Assembly (NCBI GenBank): GCA_000182565.2
Contig: KQ257461.1
DNA length: 64,000 nt
DNA from: Spizellomyces punctatus DAOM BR117
Lineage: Eukaryota
Reading direction: 5' to 3' (one strand)
Positions 26,731 through 39,259 of the stretch are shown here, piece by piece (within the stretch, counting starts at the first letter, position 1; each line of letters begins with the position of its first letter). The notes under the pieces were generated by a model, which saw only the letters and a list, made by a program, of their open reading frames with translations, made no database searches and was not told where the DNA came from. Made by a program: the position numbers and the translations under genes.

Positions 26731-27410
26731 GGCCTTCTGGAGCGGCGGTGTCGTGCTGGAATGCCTCTAGTTGTCCTGCTGGAGCGGCTCTTTTGCCGTG
26801 CTGGAGGGACTTTGGTCTTTTGTTCTGCTTGGGGCGGCTCGTGTGTTAAGAGCTGTCCCGGAAGAACTTCTGGCATTCTGGAGCGACAGTGTCGTGCTGG
26901 AGGGACTAGGTTTTTGTGTTTCTGGCTTTCTGGAGCGTCACTTCATCCTGTTTGAGCGACTGTATCGTGCTGGTAGGCCTCTAGTTGTCCTGCTGGAGCG
27001 ACTACTTGGTCGTGCTGGAGGGACTTTGGTTTTATGCTCTTTCTGGCCTGTGGAGCGATACAGTCGTGAGGGATGAAGCCGTGCTGGAAGCTATGTTGTC
27101 CTGCTGGAGCGGCTACTTTGCCGTGCTGGAGGGACTAGGCTGTTTTTCTTCTTTTTTCTGGCTTTCTGGAGCGTCACTTCGTCCTGTTTGAGCGATTGTA
27201 TCGTGCTGGAAGGCCTCTATTTATCCTGCTGGAGCGACTACTTGGTCGTGCTGGAGGGATTTTGGTTTTCTGTTCTGCTGGAGCGGCGTTGCCGTTCTCG
27301 CTGGACCTTTCTGGTCTGTGGAGCGATACAGTCGTGAGGGGTGAAGCCGTGCTGGAAGCTACGTTGTCCTGCTGGAGCGGCTACTTGGCCGTGCTGGAGG
27401 GGCTAGGCTG
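26731..27410 (+). ncRNA. Candidate structured non-coding RNA: array of ~13 related hairpins (UGCUGGAG core) in ~240-270-nt higher-order repeats
   Basis: Repeated GUCC-UGCUGGAG-CGRY-loop-RYCG-UGCUGGAG-GGAC units separated by U-rich linkers. Compensatory changes between copies, G-U pairing on the + strand only, and no credible ORF. Confidence 0.6.
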
Positions 27411-28467
27411 TTTTTTCTTTTGGCTCCCATAGGACACTTTCGATCCACATTTTATTTTGGCATCAGTCTTCGGGAAACCGAAGCGGGCTAATGGGCCTAT
27501 GGTGCGTCCCCAGCCGCACGACTGCTTTTGCAAGAACACAGAGGGGCCTGTTGTCGAGTATCGTTTTGTTTGAAAGAAATATTGGATAGTGTACAATAAT
27601 GATTACCATTTCACCAAAGAGTATCTGGAATTCTTTCGCTCAGTCGCCGAGTGCAAGCGCCATAGCACTATGTTATACAATCTCTGGCGCAAAATCAAAG
27701 TCTCACATTGGTTGTGTTTTATAGTAATATGATTTTCAGCACTGCCTTCTGAGGTGGCGGTTCCCAAGCTGACTGTTTTCTTTGAAGCAGCCAAGGATAA
27801 GAATGTGCGCATGAAAGAAACCGTTGGATTCCAAGACTTACCCCAGTCATCTACTCGACTGCTTCCGCGTTTCTACAAATGTGTTATGTAGACACATTCG
27901 GTAGGTCAACCCGTACTGCAAAAGCAAATGACACCCGGATGCATGCAATATACGGCGTGGAAGCACAGTTGTGTTGGAAACCGCGAATTGCTCAAAATAG
28001 ATTAAAGGCAAAGTTTAGGCGATTCTTCCAAAACTTGGAGAGCTTTCGACCACTTCTTGGAGATGACATTAACATCTGGATGTCAATGCATGCGGTTGAC
28101 GCAAATTCGTCCCCAGCGATGAATGATCCAATTTCTTGAAAGAATGGAAACTATTGGGTAGTAGTTTTGCTTTTTCGACCAAATGCTGTACTAAAAATGC
28201 ACATGTATAATAGTCGGTTTTACAGTCCGCTGTTCGATTTTCATGTTCTCTATTCGCAGAGCAACTCTACGGGGCATCCAGTACTGCGCAATCTGGACAA
28301 CAAAGCAAATGAAAGGACGCTAACCTTGCAGCCATGAACGTTCCAGGAAGTTAGCTAAAAGAGTAAGCACATGAGCTCTCGCCTAAAATCTCGTGATCGT
28401 ATTGCTTACGTCCGCGTCAATTTGACTTCCGCTATCCGTGATACTGACGACCTACTTTGCTAGAGAA

Positions 28468-30855
28468 ATGCTTCAAGAATATATTAGCGCATCAGAAGCA
28501 TTATGGGCTATTTTAGATGAAACTACAGGGATTCGCCCGATTGTGCACAAACATGAAATCACGGAAGTGCCCCAGGAACGAACCTCGCCTGGCAAAACCT
28601 CCACTTCAAAATCATCCAGCAGTATCAAACCTTTGAATATTGTAGAGTGTGGACATGACTGTCATACTACCTACCTCGATGGACATCTACCGCCTCTACC
28701 AGGTTCAGACCCTGGAAAGAAGCATCTGCCAAAAACCGAGCACAAGATGAATTGGAATAAATCGCATCATAAGGCACAGCTTGTATTGTCGGACGTATCG
28801 GATGAGGAAGAAGAGGGAATATTCTTAGATCCAGAAGTAGATCCCTGGGCTGAAGGTGAGGACGTGATAGTAAAGCGTAGACTTGGTCGACACATCAACT
28901 GAGACGCTCATAGTTTGCAAACGAATATCTAGCGGATCTTTCGTGGAGTGACGAGGCGCCGACTCTTAAGAAACTTTACATGTCGCAGCGGCAGTGGCCA
29001 CGCAAGAAGAGAACAGCATCGCAAATGGACTTCAGTAAAGAGTCCATACTAGGATATTTCCGCACATTACGATTGCATGATAGGAAGATAGGATACATTG
29101 ACAGGGACATCATGAAGATGCGAAATTTGGAGGAGTTGAGTTTAACTGGAAATTGGATCGATCATGTAAATAGTCTCCCGACAAGGTTACAAATACTGCA
29201 TCTGAATGCTAACCGGTGAGCAAGCAAAGCAGAACCTGAAAACACGTCTCCGTTAATTAACTCACATGCATGTTGCAAAGACTGTCAAAGTGCCCGAATG
29301 TCTCGGCCCTTCAGCAATTGGTCCACCTTGGTATTGGGTATAACTCTATTGCCAGTTTTTTGGATGTTGAACTTCGCCCCGAGTCACCGCCCAAATCGTC
29401 TTCTGCAAACCCACGTCCCAGAAAACTTTCGCCTTTGTCTGGTTCAAAACCCAGTACAACTTTGGGTTGGTTGCCACCGAGCTTGAAGTCATTAGACGCC
29501 AGCTGGAATGCTATATCCGATTTAAACGAGACACTTGAAGTTCTTGAGCAACTACCCTCGCTAAAGATTCTGGCACTTACGGTAAGCGCGAATTGCACCA
29601 GGCGTGCAACAGCGAGACATGGATTGCGATTAATGTCTTTACCTTTTCAAGGGAAATCCAGCTTTTCTTCTTCCCAAATATCGAGCGTCCGCAATTTCGC
29701 GCCTTCCAGGGCTTGTTTCATTAGATGATACATGGGTGACCGCCGAAGAGAGGACCACGTCGCTTAGGATAGTTCGGGAGGACGCACGCGACGAAGGTAT
29801 TGCATTATGATTCCAGTGGACTGAACAAAGGGTACTAAACTTTACCCACACAGTGTGTATATCATTCGGTATTCATACTCTTACCGGGTTCTCTATACCG
29901 GAATCGGTTATACCCGAGGATCCAAAGCAGCCACTGGACGAGTACACTTTCCAGCTACGAATTGTACTTGAAAGGTTCAATGGCTATGCGATATCCACCC
30001 CCGCTGTATCCCCCCCGCAGCGTGTCCACCAGCCACCAGATAAGCCGCATAAATCCGGTAAGGGGAAAGGTGGAGACGTGCAACCACCCGAGCCGGAAGT
30101 TCATCTTGTAGACTTTGCCTTCGTGCAAGAGATTGAATTTCCCATCGGAAAGCAGCTTCGGGATGCTCTGTGGGGTACGTGGAGACGCTGCTCTGTTGTT
30201 GTTGGGGTCCACGGTACACTGCTAACTCCTTGTAGATGGGGTAACTGTCATACTCAGCCGCAATAGAGTTGCCTACGTCAGGAAGGATGACCTCGCACCT
30301 GACGAGAACGACACCAGTACCCGGCCTGATAGTTCAGCCGCTACCTCTAGACGTCCTTCCCTGTCAGGTAAAAAAGGAGGGAGCCAAGCTGGAAGAAAAC
30401 CTGCCAAGGCTGCAAAAGGGAGGAAGGGCGCCAAAGAAGATGAAGCAGGTAATACACTAGAACTGTTAAATGCATTTCGCTTGTACCTGACACCTTCTCC
30501 ATCTTTCGAAGCGAACTGGAGGCCAGTAATAGCCGAGAGAACTGACATTGGTCTTTGCCGTGTGTCCACGAAACCCTTTCTCGATGGAGAGGTGAGTGGA
30601 CGAACACTGCCTATCCAATATGCTACTAACTGAGCGTCCTCTCCTTTCAAGAACGTCATTGAACAGGAGTGCGATCTAACGATTCCGGTGAAAGACTCCC
30701 ATTCTCCTACATCGTCCACCGTTGTGGGAACAGTACATCTATCGTTCCGCTTGAATCCGCTGACGGAGGAGAGGGCAGGCGGCCCAAGTGATGAAAACGA
30801 TGCGCCTGACGGAGTACGCTTAGGTCATGGCCATGAGAGTACTGAAGAAGAATAG
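28468..30855 (+). CDS. Leucine-rich repeat protein, LRRC43-like, multi-exon
   Basis: DPWA.., YFRTLRLHDRKIGYIDRDIMKMRNLEELSLTGN, LQILHLNAN, LVHLGIGYN, LKSLDASWNAISDL..L.QLPSLKILAL.GNP..L..YR (SDS22-like LRRs with cap) and a Lys-rich C-terminal region. Start approximate. Confidence 0.75.
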
Positions 30856-31130
30856 ATGTCTAAATCTCTTGATTCAAAATCTGTGGCAGGAACTGCATAG
30901 ACCGGTATATTCTCTGTAAGGCCAGCCAAACTATTGTCGACGGGATTATATGTATCCCTCTACCTAATGTACTTAATCGGATGCACAACTTCGTCTGGCT
31001 GCACCATATCAGCTATCCTTACTTTCCTATCAATCTACATTCTAGCTGTCCCTAGTGCAGAGGTGCTCCTATGTACGGCACTTGTGGACGCACACTGCCA
31101 TAGTCTGCGGGCATCGCGCACCAACGCCCC

Positions 31131-32677
31131 TCATCCACGAACCCCCCACTCTTTGCGTGCCCTATGTTTGGCATTCGCTATAGCTCGCTCGTCTTTCATA
31201 AAATGCTGCACAATCAATGATGCAGCCACAAACATTTCGGTTGGCAAAACGCACGACAGCCTTGAACCGGAGCTTTTCTTTTGATTGCGCCTAGAAGATG
31301 TTCGCGGTCTATCGATAGAGTCTAAATTTCCAGCAGTCAAAGAGACATCTACCCGGAGCTCCCATTTTTCTGGGAAGGACGGTACGGAAGGCAGTTTTTC
31401 AGAACAATGTACATTCGAAGTGGGTGCAGTTCGAAGGGACCTCCGTGCCAGATTCGATTGCTCTCGATCATGCCGTGAAGTTTGCGGAGTAGAAGGGGCA
31501 GATTTCGGGTGAGGTGAGACTGAACACTCAGTCTGAAGAGCAAATGTGCCAACGTTGCGAGACGAACCAGCGTCTTGAAACCGGAAAGACTGACCAAACA
31601 AGTCTCCTAAAAGGGCAGGAGATTTTTTAAAAAGTATGCGGCCAGGTCAAATGCATTGCAGACTCACCGATCATCACAACGGTGCCTGCTCTGCACTTCA
31701 GGCTTAACCTGGGAGACCAAGCATTGGCAGAGATCCTGTCAATCATTCCACGTAAGATCCACCCAGCCCCTCCACACGCTGTTGCCAGACCTCGTCCATA
31801 GAGATCGTAATTCATTCCACAACACTATGCATTGAAAGAATTACTTGTACCCGTGCTCGAAGGTTACCGAGATTCTTTGTTCACTTACCCCAGGACGCTG
31901 TGCGATCTTCCAAACGGCTCGTCCATTGACATCATGTAGGAACAGGCTACATAACTGGGCCGTACGCCTTTTTTGAACCGCATATATAAGGTGACCATCC
32001 CCTGCGGCTCTGATATCTCCACCTTTATTCAAGCAAAGAAATTGGTCAAGATTGACAATGTTTTCTTGCGGACATTGTAACTTACCGCAGCCGAATATTC
32101 TTCCAGTTATTGAGAATATTAATTCTCGATGAATGTTATCAAGATGTATTGGTGGCATTTTGTGCAGACCACTATGATCCTGGTACCCGCCAGCGTGTAA
32201 ACTATCTTTTCTTCTTGCGACTGAGGACTCTGGCACCGTTCCCTGCAAATGAGGCATTGTCTCGCCCGTGTGGCCGTGTTTCCTGTATTGTGGTGATGGA
32301 TGATATAGATACGTTGTGGTGGATGGTTTTTTGATGTCATCGTCGGGTGTGTGAGACCCATGGGGAAGTTGATATCGCACACTTTTTCTCGGCTTTCCAA
32401 TCCCTATTATGGCAGGCATCTTCGGGGTTCCTATTGACTTCCCAGTCGGTTGTGAAGTACTCTGAGAGTGCCTTGCAGCATCTTCTTCATGATGAAGTAT
32501 CGGAGGCATTCGGGCGTCATCCATTTTACGTGACCTCACTTCTCCATTTGAAGGAATGCTCAGCGTTCCCAGCGATCCTACTATTTTCGGCATTTTGAGA
32601 CCTTGCAGTCCGCTGCTTCTGTGTGCCATTCTTGAGCGGAGGTCGGCCGCCGGCAACGTTTGCAGAGTGGTAGCCAT
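31131..32677 (-). CDS. Hypothetical protein; disordered N-terminus and beta-rich C-terminal domain (possibly tubby/LURP-one-like)
   Basis: 293-aa and 156-aa ORFs linked by introns. The alternating beta-strand pattern ends in a hydrophobic helix (EMFVAASLIV). The family call is inference. Confidence 0.55.
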
Positions 32678-33211
32678 GTTCGAAAGGAGTGGCAGTGGTG
32701 ACGGGAAGGTGAGCGAGAGCAAGGAAATTGAGCCAGTGCCACTAGCTGAACGGGGGCACTCTCTCTTTGGAAATTACCACTGCCGTTCGTCTGGCCCCCG
32801 GGCACCTTAGATACTCATTTTCTTACTTATTAATATTGAATGAAGGATGCGGTAGGGTATTCTTGCTTTAATTTAACTAGATCTAAAAATCTCCGATTTA
32901 TCAATACCGGATAAAGCTATCGGACATTTCTTTCACCATTATGATATCTACATATGCGTTCCTGTATCTTACAGCCAAGGAAGATGCCTATGTAGTGAGA
33001 AACATCTGCAAACGCAATCCTCAATATATGTCGATGCCGTTAATCTGGCACCGCTTCAAATGCTAGCCGTATGCCATTTTTATTATGATACAACGGCAAC
33101 CCAGAGCATCGGCTTTAAAGAAATCAAGCGCAATATACGGACAGGTCATTCAAAAACATTTGCCAGCAAAAGCTTCCTATTGACATTCGGTACACATCTT
33201 TGAAATACTGC

Positions 33212-36200
33212 CTATGTATCTGCTACCCCACTTTCCGTATTATTCTCGCCATTTGGCGGCGTCCAGCTTGTCTCTTGGGTTATGACATTGAAATAGTATA
33301 TCTGCTCATCTCCGCGGTCTACTTTTCGCCAGTCGGGATACCCTTCCACTGACTCTACTCCGGAAAGTTCCGTTTCATCTCCCGAGTCTACGTCCTCACC
33401 CTCATCTGGAACTTCCTCTGCATTTTCCGAATCTTCTGGAAACGGTTTGCCAGTCTCTGGGTCGAGAATGATGTAGTTCTCCGGTAGTCGCCACATCGCT
33501 TCCTTTGTATCCGTGTTGCTGTGTTTGAAAATTGCGGACAGCGTCAGAAGCCATAAACAGAGCTCATATGGTGCTGACAGTTTGCTTACTAGTAGTAAGT
33601 CGTTCCCATAGCAGATGTAGCTTTCTTCCATATTTGGCCGCCAATATCCACCATATCAGGCTCCACATATCCTCCCATGTCCTAGACAAAGGCAAAGGCA
33701 TTCAATCATCATTCAATGAGGAGTGGGTGACATCATTGCCGCCTTACCGTTTCTGAATAGCCAGCATTTGGTCCAACATCTATTGAACCCTGCTACATTT
33801 TGAGCAATGTCAGAAAAATGTCGGACTCAGATTTTCCAATCACATAACTTACACTCAGATTCGCAAAGTCTACGTCTTTTCTTCGCAGCGTACCCTGAGA
33901 GAGGAAGATTGTAAATGTAATTTGCTTCCTGCCACATAAACAATGCTCGACGTACCCATCCTTTGAGCGTCCCTCTCAATGATCCGCCTACTCCGAGTGT
34001 GCTTCCTGCTCGCGATACTGGTCGCCTACCACCCATTCCCATGGACCAACTGCTAGGACGCACACTCCCTCGATCTGAGTCGTCCTGTGCGGAATTGAAC
34101 TGGTGGGCGAGGAAGGCACCCGTTGACATGCGTTTGTTGATGTTGTCTGCTTTTCGTGACTCTTCTGCTGCAACCTTTATGGCAGTGTTGAAAGCATCGA
34201 TCCACTTTTGACGGTCATCCTCCGATGCTGCAGCGAAAATCAAGTCTTTTCGATCTGCTGTTCCAGTTATTTGAAAGCCGTGCTTCATCCCCTTCGGTAC
34301 CCCCTCTGCAAATATGTGTATCAGCCAGGTAACGAACGTGGCTCAACAGCTTTTCGAGACCCACCTCCTTTCGCATCAACCTTGAGTGCCAGGTCTGCAA
34401 CGTCATACACCGACTCTAGAACATAGCGCCCGCCCTTGAGAGGAGTGCAAACAAGCAGAACGTCCGTGAAGAGAAGTGCATATCTCTCTCTCGGTTTGCC
34501 ATTGACAGCTCGTGCCAACGGTCCATCACGCACATGCTTCTTGTCCTGCAGCCCGAGAGGCTATAAAAGCATTTTGGCATCCAGGTTAGAACCGATAGGA
34601 CACTGACAGCAACCTCGACTGTCCGCTTACCGTTGGTGAGTCAATTCGTCCTTGCAAGGCTGCAATCCTTTCGCGTTCGCCCAACTGTCTGGTGTACTCG
34701 TTTACAAGTGCTACGACGCTTTCGATCTTTGTCATAGCGAGATTAAGCGAGATTGTGTCTTTGCTGAGCTTGTCTGTGTGCTTTTGCAGCTCCTATAAAC
34801 AGCACCAGTTGGTAAGTATCGGAAATAAATCCTAACATTATGAACACTGTCTGTACCCGAATGAGCAGAGGATACCTTTCGACAAAGAATAATTAGCGTT
34901 ATGGTGTAAGCAAGCACCGTCATAATATACTTACTTGCATATCCGCTGCACAGGTTTAATCTGGTGATTCATAGACCGTTAGTTGCTTCACCTCTAAGCA
35001 AGCACTACGGCGATTCAAGTCTCATACCAGAAATGATTCGAGACTCAACCCTCGCCCCTCTTGACTGTTCATCATAGTCTGAATTAGAGAGGATATTAAA
35101 ATCGGTGTTCTAACAATGCTGCAAGATCGGATCTTTCATACCTCCAACTTTTCTTTCAAATCTGGTCGGGCTTGTAGTTTGTGGACGAGTTTCATAGCTT
35201 CAGGATAATTGCCGCAATATATTGTGTACACTTTGAAGGACTAGAAGTTTGTTGCAACATATTGATAATCATGAGGAGAATGCTAAATATCCTCATTTGT
35301 TTACCTCTGATACATCAACGATTGCATCTCCAACTTCTGGAATGAACGGATCAGTGTCTCGCTTCTCATGCAATCGATCAAGCAGTTGCTGGTGGTTTCG
35401 TGTTAGCACAAAGTTTTTAAGCAAATGCAAGACTTGCAAGTACCTGATTGACTGGGACTAACTGATCGATATTTGAGAAGAGCGCTTGTATTTCTTCCTC
35501 AGTGAGCAATTGTGTTTCTTGTAGCTGCGGTTTGTGGAACTAGGATAGAGTTGGTGGTATTGGTGTAAGCCTCAACATTGGCATAAACAAACATACCGCT
35601 AAATACGAAACGCTTACATTAATCATTAGAGAAAGATCCCGAACGTAGTCTGCTTCTGTTTCAATAAGCTCGTAAACAGCTGATAGACGCATGAGCTCCG
35701 GCTTGGGTAAATTTGCCCCTGCCACCTCTGGTGGGAGCTTTGAAAACATCGTCTTTGGTGGGCCTGGTGATGCCGCGGGTGCCGCCGAGTCGATCGACAT
35801 TCGGGTTTTGGAGGCATCAACAAAGCTAGGTTCGGAGGCAAGGGAGATAGAACTCTGCGACTTCTGTCTATCGCTGTCGGTAATAACTGACATTGCTCGC
35901 CGTGGAATTGGCATCCCAAAGTCCATCGCCGAAGACGATACTTCCTCATCGATCGTGGCTATTCTCTCTGCAAGCGCTAGATTCCCCACCTTCCCTAAAA
36001 TATTCTGCTGTGATGTTTCAAGATCTTTGACGTTTTGCAGTAATCTGCCGATCGTGGAAATGAGTTCATCCGCTAGAGAGTCTGCTTTTTGTATCGCCTC
36101 CTTTGCATCTTCGGTAGCTGATTCTTGCTGTCGGTAAGAGGGGTCTGTTATTCCGCGGATAGTGTGTCGCTAAATTAGGAGGAGAATTCAGATATCGTTC

Positions 36201-37157
36201 ACATTTCATATTATATCGCTCATCAGGCGATTACCAGCTTTAGTTCGGCCGTTGCAGCCCGTCGGAAGACACGAGATTGATTACTTTCCACAGTTTTAAG
36301 TTTGTCTAGTAATCTCTCCAATGAGTCCTGGCTTCCATTTCGCCCATTTTGCCCTTCGGCATCCTCAATTTGGTCTGCGGCATACGCTCCATTCAACAAT
36401 GCTGGTTCACATTCGTCCCCACCTTCCAAGAGATATCGTATTCTATCGATGGGCACATCTGGGACGGATATCTGCATCGAAGATGCTACATGAACCGCTA
36501 ATGCAGCTAGAGCCTTTACCATTCCTTCATCGCCAACTGGACTCGCGTTGACAAATTCCATTGGCCGGAAGGAACCAGTCTTGTTGATGCCAAATGTTGT
36601 TAGCCCTTTCAGATTCATCATGTTAGAACAGTGGAAAAACGACCCTTCCTCCCTACTGCTAAAAGCTCTACACACAAACCAGTAGAGAATGCCGCGAGAT
36701 TTTCTAGGGCTGCCATTGGACTTCTTTCGGAATTGATATGTCGCACAGTTTTAGGAGAAAGAGCGTTGAGCGCTTTGCAAGGAAGTTGTCCATATCGCAG
36801 CTCATTCCATATTGTGTCATCCTGGGTTACTTCGAGAGTCTCTCCACCTAGTTGCAAGACTTTGGTAATCCTAGGGTATGTATAGGATGCCATCAAAGTC
36901 AGCCAAATTGCACATCCTGTCTCTTCGACCTGGTCAAATACGCACCAGAGAATCACAAGTGGTTTTATCGCTCGTATCGGATTGCTGATGCGATTGGATC
37001 CTTCTGACTGTTGTATTTGTGACGGCAGTCCTGAACCGCTTCGTGGAATTGATGATAAATCTAACGGTCCCTTGCTAGGTCGAGCCTCTATAATGCGCCC
37101 TTCAGGTAGAGCATCGGAACTCTTCGACAAGGGTAGTGCGTCGACGGCCGTGCTCAT
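33212..37157 (-). CDS. Rho guanine-nucleotide exchange factor: DH-PH with two C-terminal WW domains, multi-exon
   Basis: RLSAVYELIETEADYVRDL, LFSNIDQL, FKVYTIYCGNY, LSLESFL.KPVQRICKYPLL, PH (RYALLFTDVLLVC..FAAASEDDRQKWIDAF), WW (WKKATSAMGTTYYYNTDTKEAMWRLP; DWRKV..YYFNVITQETSWTPP). Confidence 0.9.
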
Positions 37158-37507
37158 TTCGGGTATGGGGTATTAAAGTGTCCGCTATCCCTTTGAGTTC
37201 GTCGTGATGCAGAGGAAATATAGTATGCGATGGTATGAAACGTGCTAACGCTCAGTCAGAAAGGGCAACGCAAAAGTGAAGCATAGGGTTGTTGTTCTAT
37301 GATCCCATGATATTTCCAGAACCGAGCTCATATTGTCTGGCAGGTTATTTTTAGGCACATTCGCGAACCGATGATCCAAATTTGAAGAAAGGTAGTGATA
37401 TTAAGGTAAGATTTATAACCCTTTGATGGGTTCATCTACAGGAAGGAATCTGCCTGCATTAGATTATCTACAATTGCCTAAAAATTATTTACATATGCTA
37501 CGAGTTG

Positions 37508-39259
37508 TTAACGGCGGTTCTCATATAGTTCCAGAAAATCGGCAAGTTTTGGAGTATTGACGATACGCAGGTCATCTTCTTGTCCTATTACTTTGCGCAA
37601 CTTTATTTCCTCGGCTACTCCATCGTGGCCAACGTGCCGATAGAAGCACGAAGTGCCAAATGGACATGTGCCTTGACCAAAGTCAAAGTGCTTGCAATCA
37701 ATTGTGCTAATGGCCACATCCCAATTATCTTTTAGCTTTCATCTTACAAACATGCAATTCAAATGCCTTACCTTAGCTTTAGTTTGTACTCCTCGATAAT
37801 CGCCATCTTCTCATCAAGTGTCCGGGGCCACACGGACGACGGCGTGACAAAATGGGTAATTGTGCGGCAAATTGGACAGGACTGCACACCACAGGATGAG
37901 TGACAATAATCAGAAAACACTTTGACAGCTAGCTCACCTTTGAAGTATCCATTCCCTGATTGCTGCGCCACTGTCGTATGCAGCTTAAGCACACACAGTG
38001 ATCGCAATCTTGAGGACGGATTGAGTTGCCAGTTCGGAAGATCTTCAACAGCACTCTTTTCTTAACACTTACTGAGCAATCCATACCGCGAGTCAGATTT
38101 TGTTTGCACGCTCTCCATGCATACTACACAATCAATATCTTCATTCACCCGCTCTTTTTGCTCCATTCTACTGTGACAAAGTATCATATGTGCTTTATAG
38201 CCACTTGAGTGTTTCGGTCTTCAACGAGCATGCAAAGATTGAAAGCCCCACCTTCATGCTCTTCCGCACTGCCATCCGGATCCAGACATTGTTTCAAGCA
38301 CACTGGGCAAGTCAGTCCATGTCGATATCGACATTTCTCGTCCCCAAATCGACATATCCCTTGCATAGCAAAGGGGCAAAGTGGTGTATCATCCACTTTT
38401 ACAACAGAGTCATCGGGATTCGCACTTGGAACACTTGAGCCCATGGCGGGTACTCCCACTTTCGCTATATTCGAATACGATGGCCGCATCGGTAGTTTTG
38501 ATTCCTCCGCATCATCGTCATCCTCCGACTGTTCTTGCGGATAGTCGGACGGCCATGGTTGACTTGATCGAAAGCCAGATACGGCATCGGCCTCCACACC
38601 GAAGCCGCCAGCTGATGGCTGTTCCTGACGGACATCACCCTTTCTGCCTGCTGACAGAGAGAGGCCGCACAAAGAGGTTTCCAATGGTATCTCTTCACCG
38701 TGCGGTTTCTTTTCACCCGCTACGCTTTCTCTTGATTCTACCAATGTTTCGCCACCACGTACAACTATCGATGCAGCTCCCAATCCCAATGCTGCAGAGG
38801 ACGGGATAAATGTTCTCCGATTTCCCGCCGAAGGAACGGTTGCTGGTTTCCGAGAGGATCCGGTGGTAGGACTACTTTCTACGGGTGAGGGTCTACTAGT
38901 AGATGCTTGGGACGTTTGCGAGCTGTGGGACTTTGACGTCACCGAGCCCGATCCCGCCTTTACATGTTGAAGCGCACAGTAGTTGCCAAACCGACACTGT
39001 CCCTTTTGATAATCTAAGGATGTCAGAAAACAGTCAACAGTCGGTCTCTTGACACAAGAGCCCACTGGAACGTCAAGTTATCTACGTACAAGCACACACT
39101 GCCTTGTCCATAGACTGTCTATCGTGCAAAAAGGAACAGTCGCGGCGGTGACAGGTTCCAAGCGCGTAGAATCGACAGGGAGCTTGTGGTGAACCAGAAA
39201 AGTAATATTCAATGATAATATACTTTCAACTCAAATCGTTCTATACACTTACTCGTCAT
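37508..39259 (-). CDS. MKRN: Makorin-type RING E3 ubiquitin ligase (CCCH fingers + RING + CCCH)
   Basis: CRFYALGTC..C.FLH, CRFGNYCALQH, CPFAMQGICRFGDEKCRYRHG..CPVC, RING CDHCVCLSCIRQWR..CPICR..FVTPSSVWP, CKHFDFGQGTCPFGTSCFYRH. Confidence 0.93.

Noticed and set aside
26731-27410. CRISPR array interpretation of the repeats
   Set aside because: The spacers are themselves repeated and U-rich, the period is irregular, there are no cas genes and the context is eukaryotic.
26761-27432. Short overlapping ORFs (64-101 aa) in the repeat array
   Set aside because: All three frames give similar repetitive peptides broken by stops and indels, and copy differences preserve base pairing rather than codons.
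27464-27524. tRNA gene or hammerhead/HDV ribozyme
   Set aside because: No A/B box consensus or 7-bp acceptor stem, no CUGANGA core, and the HDV P1/P3/L3 order could not be satisfied.
27590-28140. Possible coding exons downstream of the hairpin array
   Set aside because: Only short ORFs (under 90 aa), with no consistent splicing or family match; cannot be supported without RNA data.
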